Shown one piece after another: positions 18,856-27,226 of a DNA stretch of 64,000 nucleotides. Source of the DNA: Pyrodictiaceae archaeon (GTDB lineage: Archaea > Thermoproteota > Thermoprotei_A > Sulfolobales > Pyrodictiaceae); the NCBI GenBank assembly GCA_040514295.1, contig JBEVCE010000039.1, positions 29,524 to 93,523 on the forward strand, given 5' to 3'. How positions within the stretch are numbered: position 1 is the stretch's first letter; each line of letters begins with the position of its first letter. Under the pieces are notes generated by a model. The model did no database searches. It was given only the letters and a program-made list of their open reading frames with translations, and was not told where the DNA came from. The translations under genes and the position numbers were made by a program.

Positions 18856-19164
18856 TTATGTCTCTCCGGTTCCTGATACCTCGATGCTTCTAGGCCTCCT
18901 CCTATAAGGCTTTATAAGTATCTTATAAGCTGCCACGGCTATGGAGGCATAGAGTGCTGCTACGAGCGCTACGCCTAAGGCCTTTAGGAGAAGACCTGTT
19001 GAGCCTAAGCTGTTACCACTAGACACTGTGAGATAGATGTATACCACGAGCACAGCTATGCTAGCGATGGCTATGGTTGCTCCAACGATGAGATCAGCTA
19101 AGCTAGCTCCTCTACCAGGCTCCTCTACTCCAGGCTCCTTAGCCACTGTTATCGCACACCGCAT
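18856..19164 (-). CDS. Small two-TM membrane protein (shortened from the track ORF 18856..19509)
   Basis: Only the C-terminal ~100 aa, from MRCAITVAKEPG... (ATG at complement 19162-19164), look protein-like, with two TM helices. The upstream 115 codons are low-complexity and collide with the + gene starting at 19298. Confidence 0.4.
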   Translation of the reverse strand: MRCAITVAKEPGVEEPGRGASLADLIVGATIAIASIAVLVVYIYLTVSSGNSLGSTGLLLKALGVALVAALYASIAVAAYKILIKPYRRRPRSIEVSGTGET

Positions 19165-19297
19165 AGCCTTAGCCAGGCCCAGCCTATATATTAGGTTTTG
19201 TGGAGGCCAAGATTTATTCCCTGGTGGTAGGCCACCAGTAGATTTGGAGTAAAGGTTCTCTAGGGTTTTTCCCACTAGATTCGCGGGAGGCTGCCTA

Positions 19298-20074
19298 ATG
19301 GAGGAGCTTACCCTGCCCAAACGGCGTCTGGTACCACCTAGGCCTGAGGTCTCGAGCCTCTCTATTGCCAGCCTGCTGGCCCTCCTGGTCTTCGCCCTCG
19401 TAGGTGACGTCACGGCAACAACTATTGCCTGGGTGCTCGGCTTCCTATTCTCGCTTCCATTCGCCATAATGTTCCGTGAGTTCGTGTTCCTCTCTGGCAC
19501 AGAGCCCATAGAGCCGGAGGAGGCTAGTAAACTACTATACTGGTCGACTATAGCAGCTAGGGCTATGGGCTCCCCGGAGACAGTCTTATTCTATACGACG
19601 CGTACTCGGATAGGCTTCCAGCTCGTGGGTCTAGGTAGTTTTAGGCAGGAGAATGTGCAGGGCAAGATACCATTCCTAGCGCATAAAGCGGCATGGGTAG
19701 GAGCTCCTGTCGCCGAGCTAGACCTCAAGGCGAACACAGTGTATCTCGTTGTGCCAGCCCTAGTCCTTGAGAGAGCCTCTAGGCTGATCAGGAAGGAGGG
19801 GTTCAAGCTAGTCATGTCGATCTCCAGCCTCCGGGACGCCAAGCTGGCATACTCCTTGATAAAGGCTATAGCCTACGCTCTTTACGGGTCGAGGAGGATG
19901 GCAGCCTATATTGCCACGAAGCTCTTCTCTAGACTAATACTAGAGGGCCATATAGTGGTTGAAGCTGATGGCCTTATAGAGGATATTTCTGCTCGCATGC
20001 CCTTCGAAGACCCCATAACCAGAAGGGCTGTGAGAAAGCAGCTTAGAAGCGAAATGATAGAATCCCTTCTCTAA
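19298..20074 (+). CDS. Hypothetical protein with two N-terminal TM helices
   Basis: 258-aa ORF, ATG start, plausible composition, no motif recognised. Confidence 0.55.
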   Translation: MEELTLPKRRLVPPRPEVSSLSIASLLALLVFALVGDVTATTIAWVLGFLFSLPFAIMFREFVFLSGTEPIEPEEASKLLYWSTIAARAMGSPETVLFYTTRTRIGFQLVGLGSFRQENVQGKIPFLAHKAAWVGAPVAELDLKANTVYLVVPALVLERASRLIRKEGFKLVMSISSLRDAKLAYSLIKAIAYALYGSRRMAAYIATKLFSRLILEGHIVVEADGLIEDISARMPFEDPITRRAVRKQLRSEMIESLL

Positions 20075-20288
20075 TGCTAATGCCAGGGAAATAAGCTTAT
20101 ATGAGGGCCACAGTTGATATAGGAAATAGCGCTAGGAGCTCCTTAACCCCTTAGCCTCATTCCCTCCCGGAGGCCCCACCCTTACGCCTAAGCTGCTCTT
20201 AGGCTTGACCAGGACCTCATCCTAGCACTTAGGTTGATGAGATACATACCCTTCGAGGCCTCTGCGGCCTCGCTTTCCACAAATACAC

Positions 20289-21473
20289 GTGGTGCTGAGC
20301 TTGATAGTTGAGGGGCTTAAGAAGTTTGAGGAGTACGGTGCAGTTAAGATCTACGAGGTTATACGTGTACTTGAACTTGACTCCTCTAGCACACATAATA
20401 TTAGGGGGGTTTTCGAACTAGACTATAACACGATAACTGAACTAGCCTACAAGACGGCTATAGTGGTTCCAATAAAAGATGACGAGCTATTCTCATTCGA
20501 GGGTGTTTTATCAGCTATTCCCCATGAGTCCCCGATAATAGTAGTCTCTGCTTCCAGCCGTGAGCCTGTAGACAGGTTTAGGCATGAAGTAGAGGTGGCT
20601 AGGCTACTACATAATAAGACTAAGAAAAGTATTATTGTAGTACACCAGCATGATCCTGCATGGGCTGAGGCCCTACAGGATACCCGTGTGAGCGAGGTAC
20701 TAGGTAGGGATGGGAAAGTTCGTAGCGGTAAGGGAGAGGGTATGCTATTAGGAGTTCTCCTCGCTGCAGGACTTGGTGCAGAGTACGTGGGCTTTGTTGA
20801 CAGCGACTGCTACGTCCCAGGAGCTGTCCACGAGTACGTATGGAGCTATTATGCTGGCTTCGCTCTAGCATCCTCACCCTACGTCATGGTGAGAATAAAG
20901 TGGCCTTATAAGGGGAAGATCGCCGGCATACAACAGGATATCTATTTCAGGAAGAGGGGTAGAGTCTCAATGCATACAAACAATGTCCTTAACATGGTCT
21001 TATCATTGGCGAGGGGTGTGGAGACAGACATAATAGTGACTGCTAATAGCGGAGAGCATGCCCTATCAACCAAATTAGCTATGAGCATGGGTTGGGCAGG
21101 AGGCTTCGCCGTAGAGCCCTACGAGCTAGTCTACCTACTAGAGAGGTGCTGGCTAGGCCTCGATAAAGGCCAATGCCCCCTACTACCCTACGATGCGAAA
21201 ATAATACAGATCGAGACCAGGAACCCCCACATACATGCTGAAAGAGGCGACGAGCATATAATGGATATGCTCTCCCTCAGCCTAGGCACAGTATATCACT
21301 CGAAGCTAGCTGATGGGAGGATAAAATCAGCAATAATGGACATACTACGTAGCTATGGTGTTGAGGGCGAGCCTCCTGCTCCTAGGCTTTATCCCAGCCT
21401 AGCTGGGGTAGACGCGCAAAGGGTTATGGCATCATTCTTCTCGACGAGTGATGAGGCAGTGATATTAGAATAA
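20289..21473 (+). CDS. mpgS: Mannosyl-3-phosphoglycerate synthase
   Basis: 394 aa. The blocks VVPIKDDELFSFEGVLSAIPHESPIIVVS, VRSGKGEGMLLGVLLAAGLGAEYVGFVDSDCYVPGAVHEYV, GEHALSTKLA, EPYELVYLLER and IQIETRNPHIHAERGDEHIMDMLSLSLGTVYHSKLA closely parallel the Pyrococcus MPGS sequence as I remember it. Confidence 0.9.
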   Translation: MVLSLIVEGLKKFEEYGAVKIYEVIRVLELDSSSTHNIRGVFELDYNTITELAYKTAIVVPIKDDELFSFEGVLSAIPHESPIIVVSASSREPVDRFRHEVEVARLLHNKTKKSIIVVHQHDPAWAEALQDTRVSEVLGRDGKVRSGKGEGMLLGVLLAAGLGAEYVGFVDSDCYVPGAVHEYVWSYYAGFALASSPYVMVRIKWPYKGKIAGIQQDIYFRKRGRVSMHTNNVLNMVLSLARGVETDIIVTANSGEHALSTKLAMSMGWAGGFAVEPYELVYLLERCWLGLDKGQCPLLPYDAKIIQIETRNPHIHAERGDEHIMDMLSLSLGTVYHSKLADGRIKSAIMDILRSYGVEGEPPAPRLYPSLAGVDAQRVMASFFSTSDEAVILE

Positions 21474-21514
21474 TGGAGGAGAGTAAAAACGATGAGGCTC
21501 CTAAGGAAGAGGGT

Positions 21515-23239
21515 CTAGCATCTTATCATAGGGGCTCTTATGCCTTTCTCACAGACTATTTGCTTAGCCCTCTCGTAGCCTGCATCAGCATGCCTCACCA
21601 CGCCTATCCCTGGATCAGCTGTTAGTACTCTTTCGGCTCTTAGCTCGGATTCCGGCGAGCCGTCCAGGACAAGGCCTAGTCCTGCGTGGATGCTATAACC
21701 AATCCCTACACCGCCGCCATGGTGTACGCAGACCCATGTTGCCCCTGCGGCAGCATTTAGTAGCGCGTTTAGTATAGGCCAGTCCGCTATAGCATCGCTA
21801 CCGTCCTTCATACCCTCGGTCTCACGGTATGGCGATGCCACGCTTCCTGTATCTAGGTGATCCCTGCCTATCCACATAGGCCCTATCTCTCCAAGCCTTA
21901 TCAAGCTATTCATCAGCTTGCCAAACCTGGCTCTTTCGCCGTAGCCTAGCCAGACTACTCTAGCTGGTAGGCCTTGGAACTTCACATGTCTCCTAGCGTT
22001 CTCAACCCATCTAACCAGCCTCTTGTTGTAACTGAACGTTGCTAGTAGCTCGTCGTCAAGCCTATAAATGTCCTTGGGATCCCCGCGTAGGCTAGTATAC
22101 CTGAAGGGCCCACGGCCCTCCTCAAACATGGGCCTTATGAAGGCTTGGACAAATCCTGGGAACTCAAAAGCATCCTTGAAGCCTGCCTCATAGGCCTGCT
22201 TCCTGATATTATTGCCGTACTCGAAGACTACTGCCCCACGCCTCTTGAACTCCACCATCGCCTCTACTTGTTTCCTCATACTCATCCTTGCGCGCCTAAT
22301 GTACTCCTCTGGATTAGTGTCACGAAGCTTCTCTGCCTCATCGAGGCTCATACCCTCTGGCACATAGCTTAATGGATCGTGTGCAGGCGTCTGGTCGGTG
22401 ACTATGTCTGGTATAATGCCTCTTCGGAGGAACTCTGGATAGACCTCGGCAGCGTTCCCTAGTAGGCCTATGCTCAGACCCTCACCCCTCTCCTTAGCCC
22501 TCAGTGCCATGTCTATTGCTTTGTCTATATCATCAGTCCATGTATCGAGGTAGCCATGTCTAATCCTCCTCTCGATCATCCTCTTATCTACTTCCACGAC
22601 TATTATGGCTGCGCCGTTCATCTTCCCTGCAAGAGGCTGTGCTCCGCCCATCTCTCCTAGGCCTGCGGTAAGGATGAGCCTGCCCTCGAGGCTTCCTCCA
22701 AAATACTTCTCGGCCGCGAATGCGAAGGTCTCGTAAGTCCCCTGCAGAATACCCTGTGTCCCTATATAGGACCAACAGCCAGCTGTCATCTGGCCGTACA
22801 TTGTTAATCCTTTCTTCTCTAGCTCCCAGAAGATCTCCCAGTCAGCCCACTTGGGTACAAGCATGGCGTTAGATATGACCACCCTAGGCGCCATCCTATG
22901 GGTCTTGAATACTGCTACAGGCTTACCACTCTGAACTACTAGGGTATCGTCCTCCTCCATTGTAAGCAGAGTGTCCACTATAGCCTCGAAGGCCTCCCAG
23001 TTCCTGGCGGCCTTGCCTGTTCCACCATAGACGATCAAGTGTTCTGGATCTTTAGCTACCTCCGGGTCTAGGACGTTGAAGAGCATCCTGAGGATTCCTT
23101 CTATCTGCCAGCTACCACTATCCACGTTGAGTTCTTCGCCCGTAATCACACGTACTTTTAGCCTCTCCTCTGGCCTATAGTAGCCCTTCCTGATCAGCCT
23201 CTCTATGGGCCTACCAACATACTTTGAGGGAATGCTCAA
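21515..23239 (-). CDS. hutU: Urocanate hydratase
   Basis: 574 aa. [42 protein letters not shown] and [12 protein letters not shown] are characteristic urocanase blocks. Confidence 0.92.
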   Translation of the reverse strand: MSIPSKYVGRPIERLIRKGYYRPEERLKVRVITGEELNVDSGSWQIEGILRMLFNVLDPEVAKDPEHLIVYGGTGKAARNWEAFEAIVDTLLTMEEDDTLVVQSGKPVAVFKTHRMAPRVVISNAMLVPKWADWEIFWELEKKGLTMYGQMTAGCWSYIGTQGILQGTYETFAFAAEKYFGGSLEGRLILTAGLGEMGGAQPLAGKMNGAAIIVVEVDKRMIERRIRHGYLDTWTDDIDKAIDMALRAKERGEGLSIGLLGNAAEVYPEFLRRGIIPDIVTDQTPAHDPLSYVPEGMSLDEAEKLRDTNPEEYIRRARMSMRKQVEAMVEFKRRGAVVFEYGNNIRKQAYEAGFKDAFEFPGFVQAFIRPMFEEGRGPFRYTSLRGDPKDIYRLDDELLATFSYNKRLVRWVENARRHVKFQGLPARVVWLGYGERARFGKLMNSLIRLGEIGPMWIGRDHLDTGSVASPYRETEGMKDGSDAIADWPILNALLNAAAGATWVCVHHGGGVGIGYSIHAGLGLVLDGSPESELRAERVLTADPGIGVVRHADAGYERAKQIVCEKGIRAPMIRC

Positions 23240-23351
23240 GGACTAGACTACACCCCAGAGTAACCGGTTCTTGCACTAATCTGATTCCCTGCAGTCTGTC
23301 AGGTTTTAAGCTTAGCCTCGTAGCCTTCTCTCCTAAAACCCTATGTCTATG

Positions 23352-24686
23352 CTACCATAGCTCCAGGTACCGCTTCCTCTCCCACTCATGGACCATCACA
23401 CTATACTCGAACCACTCCCTCTCCTTGAGGGTAATGTATTTCTCGAACGCCTCCCTCCCCCATGCCTCCTCCAGCAGCCTTACCCTACGAGCCTCCTCTA
23501 TAGCCTCCTTGAGAGATGATGGTAGAACCTCTATACCTCTCCTCCTCCTTTCCTCCTCGCTCATATGGTAGACGTTCTCCTCTACGGGTTCGGGTGGCTC
23601 AATCTTCTCTTCTATCCCTTTGAGCCCGGCAGCTAGCATTGCCGAGAATGCTAGGTAGGGGTTCACAGAGCCATCTGTGGCCCGGTATTCTAGCCTCTTC
23701 TGCTTGGGTGTGGCAGCCATCGGTATCCTTATTAGTGCAGATCTATTATAGCGTGCCCATGTCACGTATACTGGTGCCTCCCAGCCTGGGACTAGCCTCT
23801 TATAGGAGTTCACAGTAGGGTTGGTTGCCACGGTTATGGCCTTAGCATATCTTAGTAAGCCCCCTATGAAGTAGAGGGCTGTCTTGGATAGCCCGTAGAC
23901 CTCGTCCCCATGGAAGAGGTTAACGCCCTTAGCAGTATCATATAGGCTCTGGTGTGTATGCATACCCGCTCCATAGGTGCCGTAGAAGGGTTTAGGCATA
24001 AAGGATGCTACTAGGCCATGGCGTGCAGCAATATTTTTGACAGTATACCTATAGAGTATCGTGTTATCAGCTGTGGTTACTGCATCGCTATGCTGGAAGT
24101 CTATCTCGTGTTTTGATGGTGGTACCTCGTGGTGTAGTTTGACGGGCTGTATGCCTAGCTTCTTAAGAGCCCCAGCTATCTCCTTCCTTATCTCATACCC
24201 CTTGTCTGCTGGCGGGGGGTAGAAGTAGCTAGCATCATCATGGAACCTCACGGTATCGTCTGACTTCTCGAAGAGCCAGAACTCTATCTCAGGAGCTGTC
24301 ATGTATTCCACGTTATCACCTAAAACCCTCTTAGCCCTCGCTACAACTTTTTTGAGTATATTGCGAGGGTCTAGCTCGAATGGCTTATCCTCCCTGCATA
24401 CTTGTGCTATCATCACGCCCGTAGGCTTCTCAGCCCATGGCACTACCCTGAACGTATCTGGTACTGGTTTTAGGAATAGATCGCTCTCCTCAACCCCTAC
24501 GAAGCCCACCGAGGACCCGTCAAAGCCGATGCCGTTCTCCATGACATCCTCTATTATGTCAGCTGGTACTGTGAGGACATGGGTTCTACCGGTTATGCTT
24601 GTGAAGAGCAAGTCTATGTACTCAATCCTAGTCCTCTTGATCTTCTCTAGGGTCTCGGGCAAGGGCCTTGCACACCCAGTAGTCAA
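23352..24686 (-). CDS. glnA: Glutamine synthetase, type I
   Basis: FDGSSVGF, KPFYGTYGAGMHTHQSL, NSYKRLVPGWEAP and RLEYRATDGSVNPYLAFSAMLAAGLKGI. TTG start. Confidence 0.9.
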   Translation of the reverse strand: MTTGCARPLPETLEKIKRTRIEYIDLLFTSITGRTHVLTVPADIIEDVMENGIGFDGSSVGFVGVEESDLFLKPVPDTFRVVPWAEKPTGVMIAQVCREDKPFELDPRNILKKVVARAKRVLGDNVEYMTAPEIEFWLFEKSDDTVRFHDDASYFYPPPADKGYEIRKEIAGALKKLGIQPVKLHHEVPPSKHEIDFQHSDAVTTADNTILYRYTVKNIAARHGLVASFMPKPFYGTYGAGMHTHQSLYDTAKGVNLFHGDEVYGLSKTALYFIGGLLRYAKAITVATNPTVNSYKRLVPGWEAPVYVTWARYNRSALIRIPMAATPKQKRLEYRATDGSVNPYLAFSAMLAAGLKGIEEKIEPPEPVEENVYHMSEEERRRRGIEVLPSSLKEAIEEARRVRLLEEAWGREAFEKYITLKEREWFEYSVMVHEWERKRYLELW

Positions 24687-24716
24687 GGTTAAGCCACCTA
24701 TCCTTTACCATGATCT

Positions 24717-24779
24717 CTCACGGTACGTGAGTCTTCTTCTAAAGGATAGTCTGCCGCCGCAATTCAATTTAAATATAAA
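24717..24779. promoter_or_regulatory. Divergent glnA/hutI control region with a perfect inverted repeat and a palindromic AT-rich TATA element
   Basis: CTCACG-GTA-CGTGAG lies at 24717-24731. AATTTAAATATAAAG (about 24765-24779) contains the palindrome ATTTAAAT and could serve as a TATA box in both directions. Confidence 0.4.
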
Positions 24780-24819
24780 GTCCACGCATATGCAACAATA
24801 GTATTGGTGGGTCTAGGCC

Positions 24820-26112
24820 TTGGTTAAAGCAGACCTTGTTATAGTTCATGCAAACGAGCTTCTCACGATGAGGGGCTTCTCCGATAAGCCTAAGAGGAGG
24901 GATGAACTCAAAGACCTAGGGATTATAAGGGATGGGGCAGTAGCCATCAAGGAAGACAAGATAGTAGCTGTTGGGACTACTAGAGAAGTTCTAGATAGAG
25001 TAGAGAAGGGCTTTCAGGTTATAGATGCCTCCGGCAAGGTAGTCGCGCCAGCCTTCATAGACCCCCATGTGCATCTAGTGTTCGGGTGTACCAGGGAAGA
25101 CGAGCTAGAAATGATGGTTATGGGCGAATCTTATATAGAGATCAAGAAGAAGACCGGCGGCATAATGAGGACCATCAACTGCACGAGGAACGCCTCGACG
25201 GAGGAACTATTGAAGAGGACTGCTAGGATACTGGACCAGATGCTGCTTCACGGAACAACAGTCATTGAAGGCAAGAGCGGTTACGAGATGACCCTTGAGG
25301 GTGAGATCAGACAGCTAGAGATCATGAAGATGCTCGACAAGCTTCACCCCGTAGACATTATACCAACCTTCAACCCCCAAGCGATACCACCAGAGTATGA
25401 GGGGAGGGAGGATGAGTTCGCTGAGGAGATAGCCATGAAATGGGTGCCCGAGATAGCGAAGAGAGGGCTAGCGGTCTACTGTGACGCATTCTGTGACGTA
25501 GGCTACTTCCAGCCTCACCATTGTCGAAGGATATTCGCTGAGTGTAGGAAGCATGGAATGAAGCTAAAGATCCACGCCGACTGGCTAGCCAATAGTGGTG
25601 GAGGCAGGCTCGCTGTAGAACTTGGAGTAGTTTCTGCCGACCACCTCATACACACCCCCATGGAGATCATAGATGAGATAGCCAAGAAGAATATAATAGG
25701 AGTCCTATTACCTACAACACCCTTCTGCTACCTAGGCCGCTACGCTAATGCGAGAGAAATTATTAAACGTGGTGTACCAGTAGCCCTAGGCACTGATGTA
25801 AGTGCAATAGACATGTCGGAGTCCATGCAGATGATGATGACGATAGCATCCCTCCAGATGAAAATGCTGTCTGCCGAGGTCTGGAGCGCGGCAACAATAA
25901 ATGCTGCTCACGCCGTGGAGAAGGCTCATATGGTTGGCAGTATAGAGGAGGGGAAGAGAGCCGACATAATAATACTTGATATACCTAACTATAGGCATAT
26001 ACCATTCCACTATGGAGTAAACCATGTGGAGACCGTGATAAAAGCTGGGAGGATAGTTGTCGAGGACCGGAGGCTGGTGAAAGAGGCCATACCTTACCAT
26101 GAGATATTCTAG
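24820..26112 (+). CDS. hutI: Imidazolonepropionase
   Basis: Colinear with Bacillus HutI as I recall it: FIDPHVHLVFGCTRE, GTTVIEGKSGYEMTLEGEIRQL, KIHADWL, VSADHL, VALGTDV, NYRHIPFHYGVNHVETVIKAGRIVV. TTG start. Confidence 0.9.
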   Translation: MVKADLVIVHANELLTMRGFSDKPKRRDELKDLGIIRDGAVAIKEDKIVAVGTTREVLDRVEKGFQVIDASGKVVAPAFIDPHVHLVFGCTREDELEMMVMGESYIEIKKKTGGIMRTINCTRNASTEELLKRTARILDQMLLHGTTVIEGKSGYEMTLEGEIRQLEIMKMLDKLHPVDIIPTFNPQAIPPEYEGREDEFAEEIAMKWVPEIAKRGLAVYCDAFCDVGYFQPHHCRRIFAECRKHGMKLKIHADWLANSGGGRLAVELGVVSADHLIHTPMEIIDEIAKKNIIGVLLPTTPFCYLGRYANAREIIKRGVPVALGTDVSAIDMSESMQMMMTIASLQMKMLSAEVWSAATINAAHAVEKAHMVGSIEEGKRADIIILDIPNYRHIPFHYGVNHVETVIKAGRIVVEDRRLVKEAIPYHEIF

Positions 26113-26130
26113 CCCTATCTCCCTCCATCC

Positions 26131-27057
26131 CTAGAAATAGGGGCGAGCGTAGACTATAGTCTGCCTAATCCTATCATAGAACGCCTCTACGCCCAGCATT
26201 CGCGGTAATTTTACTACAACATCTCTCTCGGTCATAATGCCTACAAGCCTGTTAGTCGCATCGACAACTATTATGCTGCTAAGCCCACGTCCCCTCATAA
26301 GCCTAAGCGCCGTGTTTAGATCCTCGTGTGGCGGTACTGATACTATGGCGTGTGAAGCTATCTCCGTGACTGGCCTGTCTAGCACCTCGCTCTCCATACC
26401 CCGGCGTAGCGCTCTCAGAGTCTGCTCATGGCTAAGATAGTCTATTATGTCTCTTGATGTAACCATCGCTACAGGCCTACCATCCTCATCTACTACCGGT
26501 AGGTGGCGAATCCATTTCTCAGACATAGTCTCTATGGCCTCCCTTATAGTGCTCTTATAGCTAATAGTTATGGGGTTTACTGTCATGATCTCGTGGACGG
26601 CTATATGCATAGGAGCGACTTGTGTTATGGCTGCTATATGCCTCTCGGTGATAATTCCGACAACAGTTTTATCTTCGAGGACAACAGGTATTGCTCCAAG
26701 CCTTTCCCTAGCCATAATTTCTATTACCTTCTCTAGGTCGTGCCTGCCTAGTACAACATATGGCGTATCCCTCCTCATTACCTCAGAAACCCTGGTTGAG
26801 ACCAGGGTGTTATAGATGCTGCCATTCTTCTCGCACAATTCTTTCCAGTCGCCGTGGCACGAGACTAGTTTTATTATCCTCTTCACCGACATTAGGCCCT
26901 TTAGCTTCCTAGAGGAGTCGACTACAACACCAAACCTCACACCACGAATATTGAATGCTATGAGAGCATCTAGCATTGACTCGTTCTCTTCGAGGACTAC
27001 TGCTGGTGGATAATGGCCTAGGACGGGGAAGAGCTTCTCAGACAAGCCCGAGCACAC
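26131..27057 (-). CDS. CBS-domain protein (four tandem CBS repeats, two Bateman modules)
   Basis: Four repeats of the CBS pattern (e.g. GAIPVVLEDKTVVGIITERHI, RHLPVVDEDGRPVAMVTSRDI, SSIIVVDATNRLVGIMTERDV). No fused catalytic domain. Confidence 0.8.
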   Translation of the reverse strand: MCSGLSEKLFPVLGHYPPAVVLEENESMLDALIAFNIRGVRFGVVVDSSRKLKGLMSVKRIIKLVSCHGDWKELCEKNGSIYNTLVSTRVSEVMRRDTPYVVLGRHDLEKVIEIMARERLGAIPVVLEDKTVVGIITERHIAAITQVAPMHIAVHEIMTVNPITISYKSTIREAIETMSEKWIRHLPVVDEDGRPVAMVTSRDIIDYLSHEQTLRALRRGMESEVLDRPVTEIASHAIVSVPPHEDLNTALRLMRGRGLSSIIVVDATNRLVGIMTERDVVVKLPRMLGVEAFYDRIRQTIVYARPYF

Positions 27058-27093
27058 CCAGGCTCTAGTCTAGAACCCTATAAGCCTAAAATA

Positions 27094-27190
27094 GGCTAGT
27101 CCTAGAGGCGCCCAGGGCTGCATAGGGACTAGCCCTCCAAGCAGGATTATATTTGCAGGTAGGAGCCTTATTGATAGCTAGCTTTTAATA
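27094..27190. promoter_or_regulatory. 9-bp inverted repeat plus TATA-like box in the CBS/SBP divergent intergenic region
   Basis: GGCTAGTCC (27094-27102) and GGACTAGCC (27126-27134) are perfect reverse complements separated by 23 nt. TTTTAATA at 27183-27190 lies ~37 nt upstream of the GTG start at 27227. Confidence 0.35.
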
Positions 27191-27226
27191 CCAGGCCTCT
27201 CTCCTCTGGGGCTTGGTGAACGTATA

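Noticed and set aside
18856-19509. Full-length 217-aa version of the minus-strand ORF
   Set aside because: The N-terminal 115 codons are low-complexity and overlap the + gene at 19298. Only the C-terminal TM portion was kept, at low confidence.
20233-20298. Possible C/D-box sRNA (UGAUGA at 20235-20240, CUGA at 20295-20298)
   Set aside because: The D' position reads UCGA, there is no C' box, and the putative D box lies inside the first codons of mpgS. It is most likely chance.
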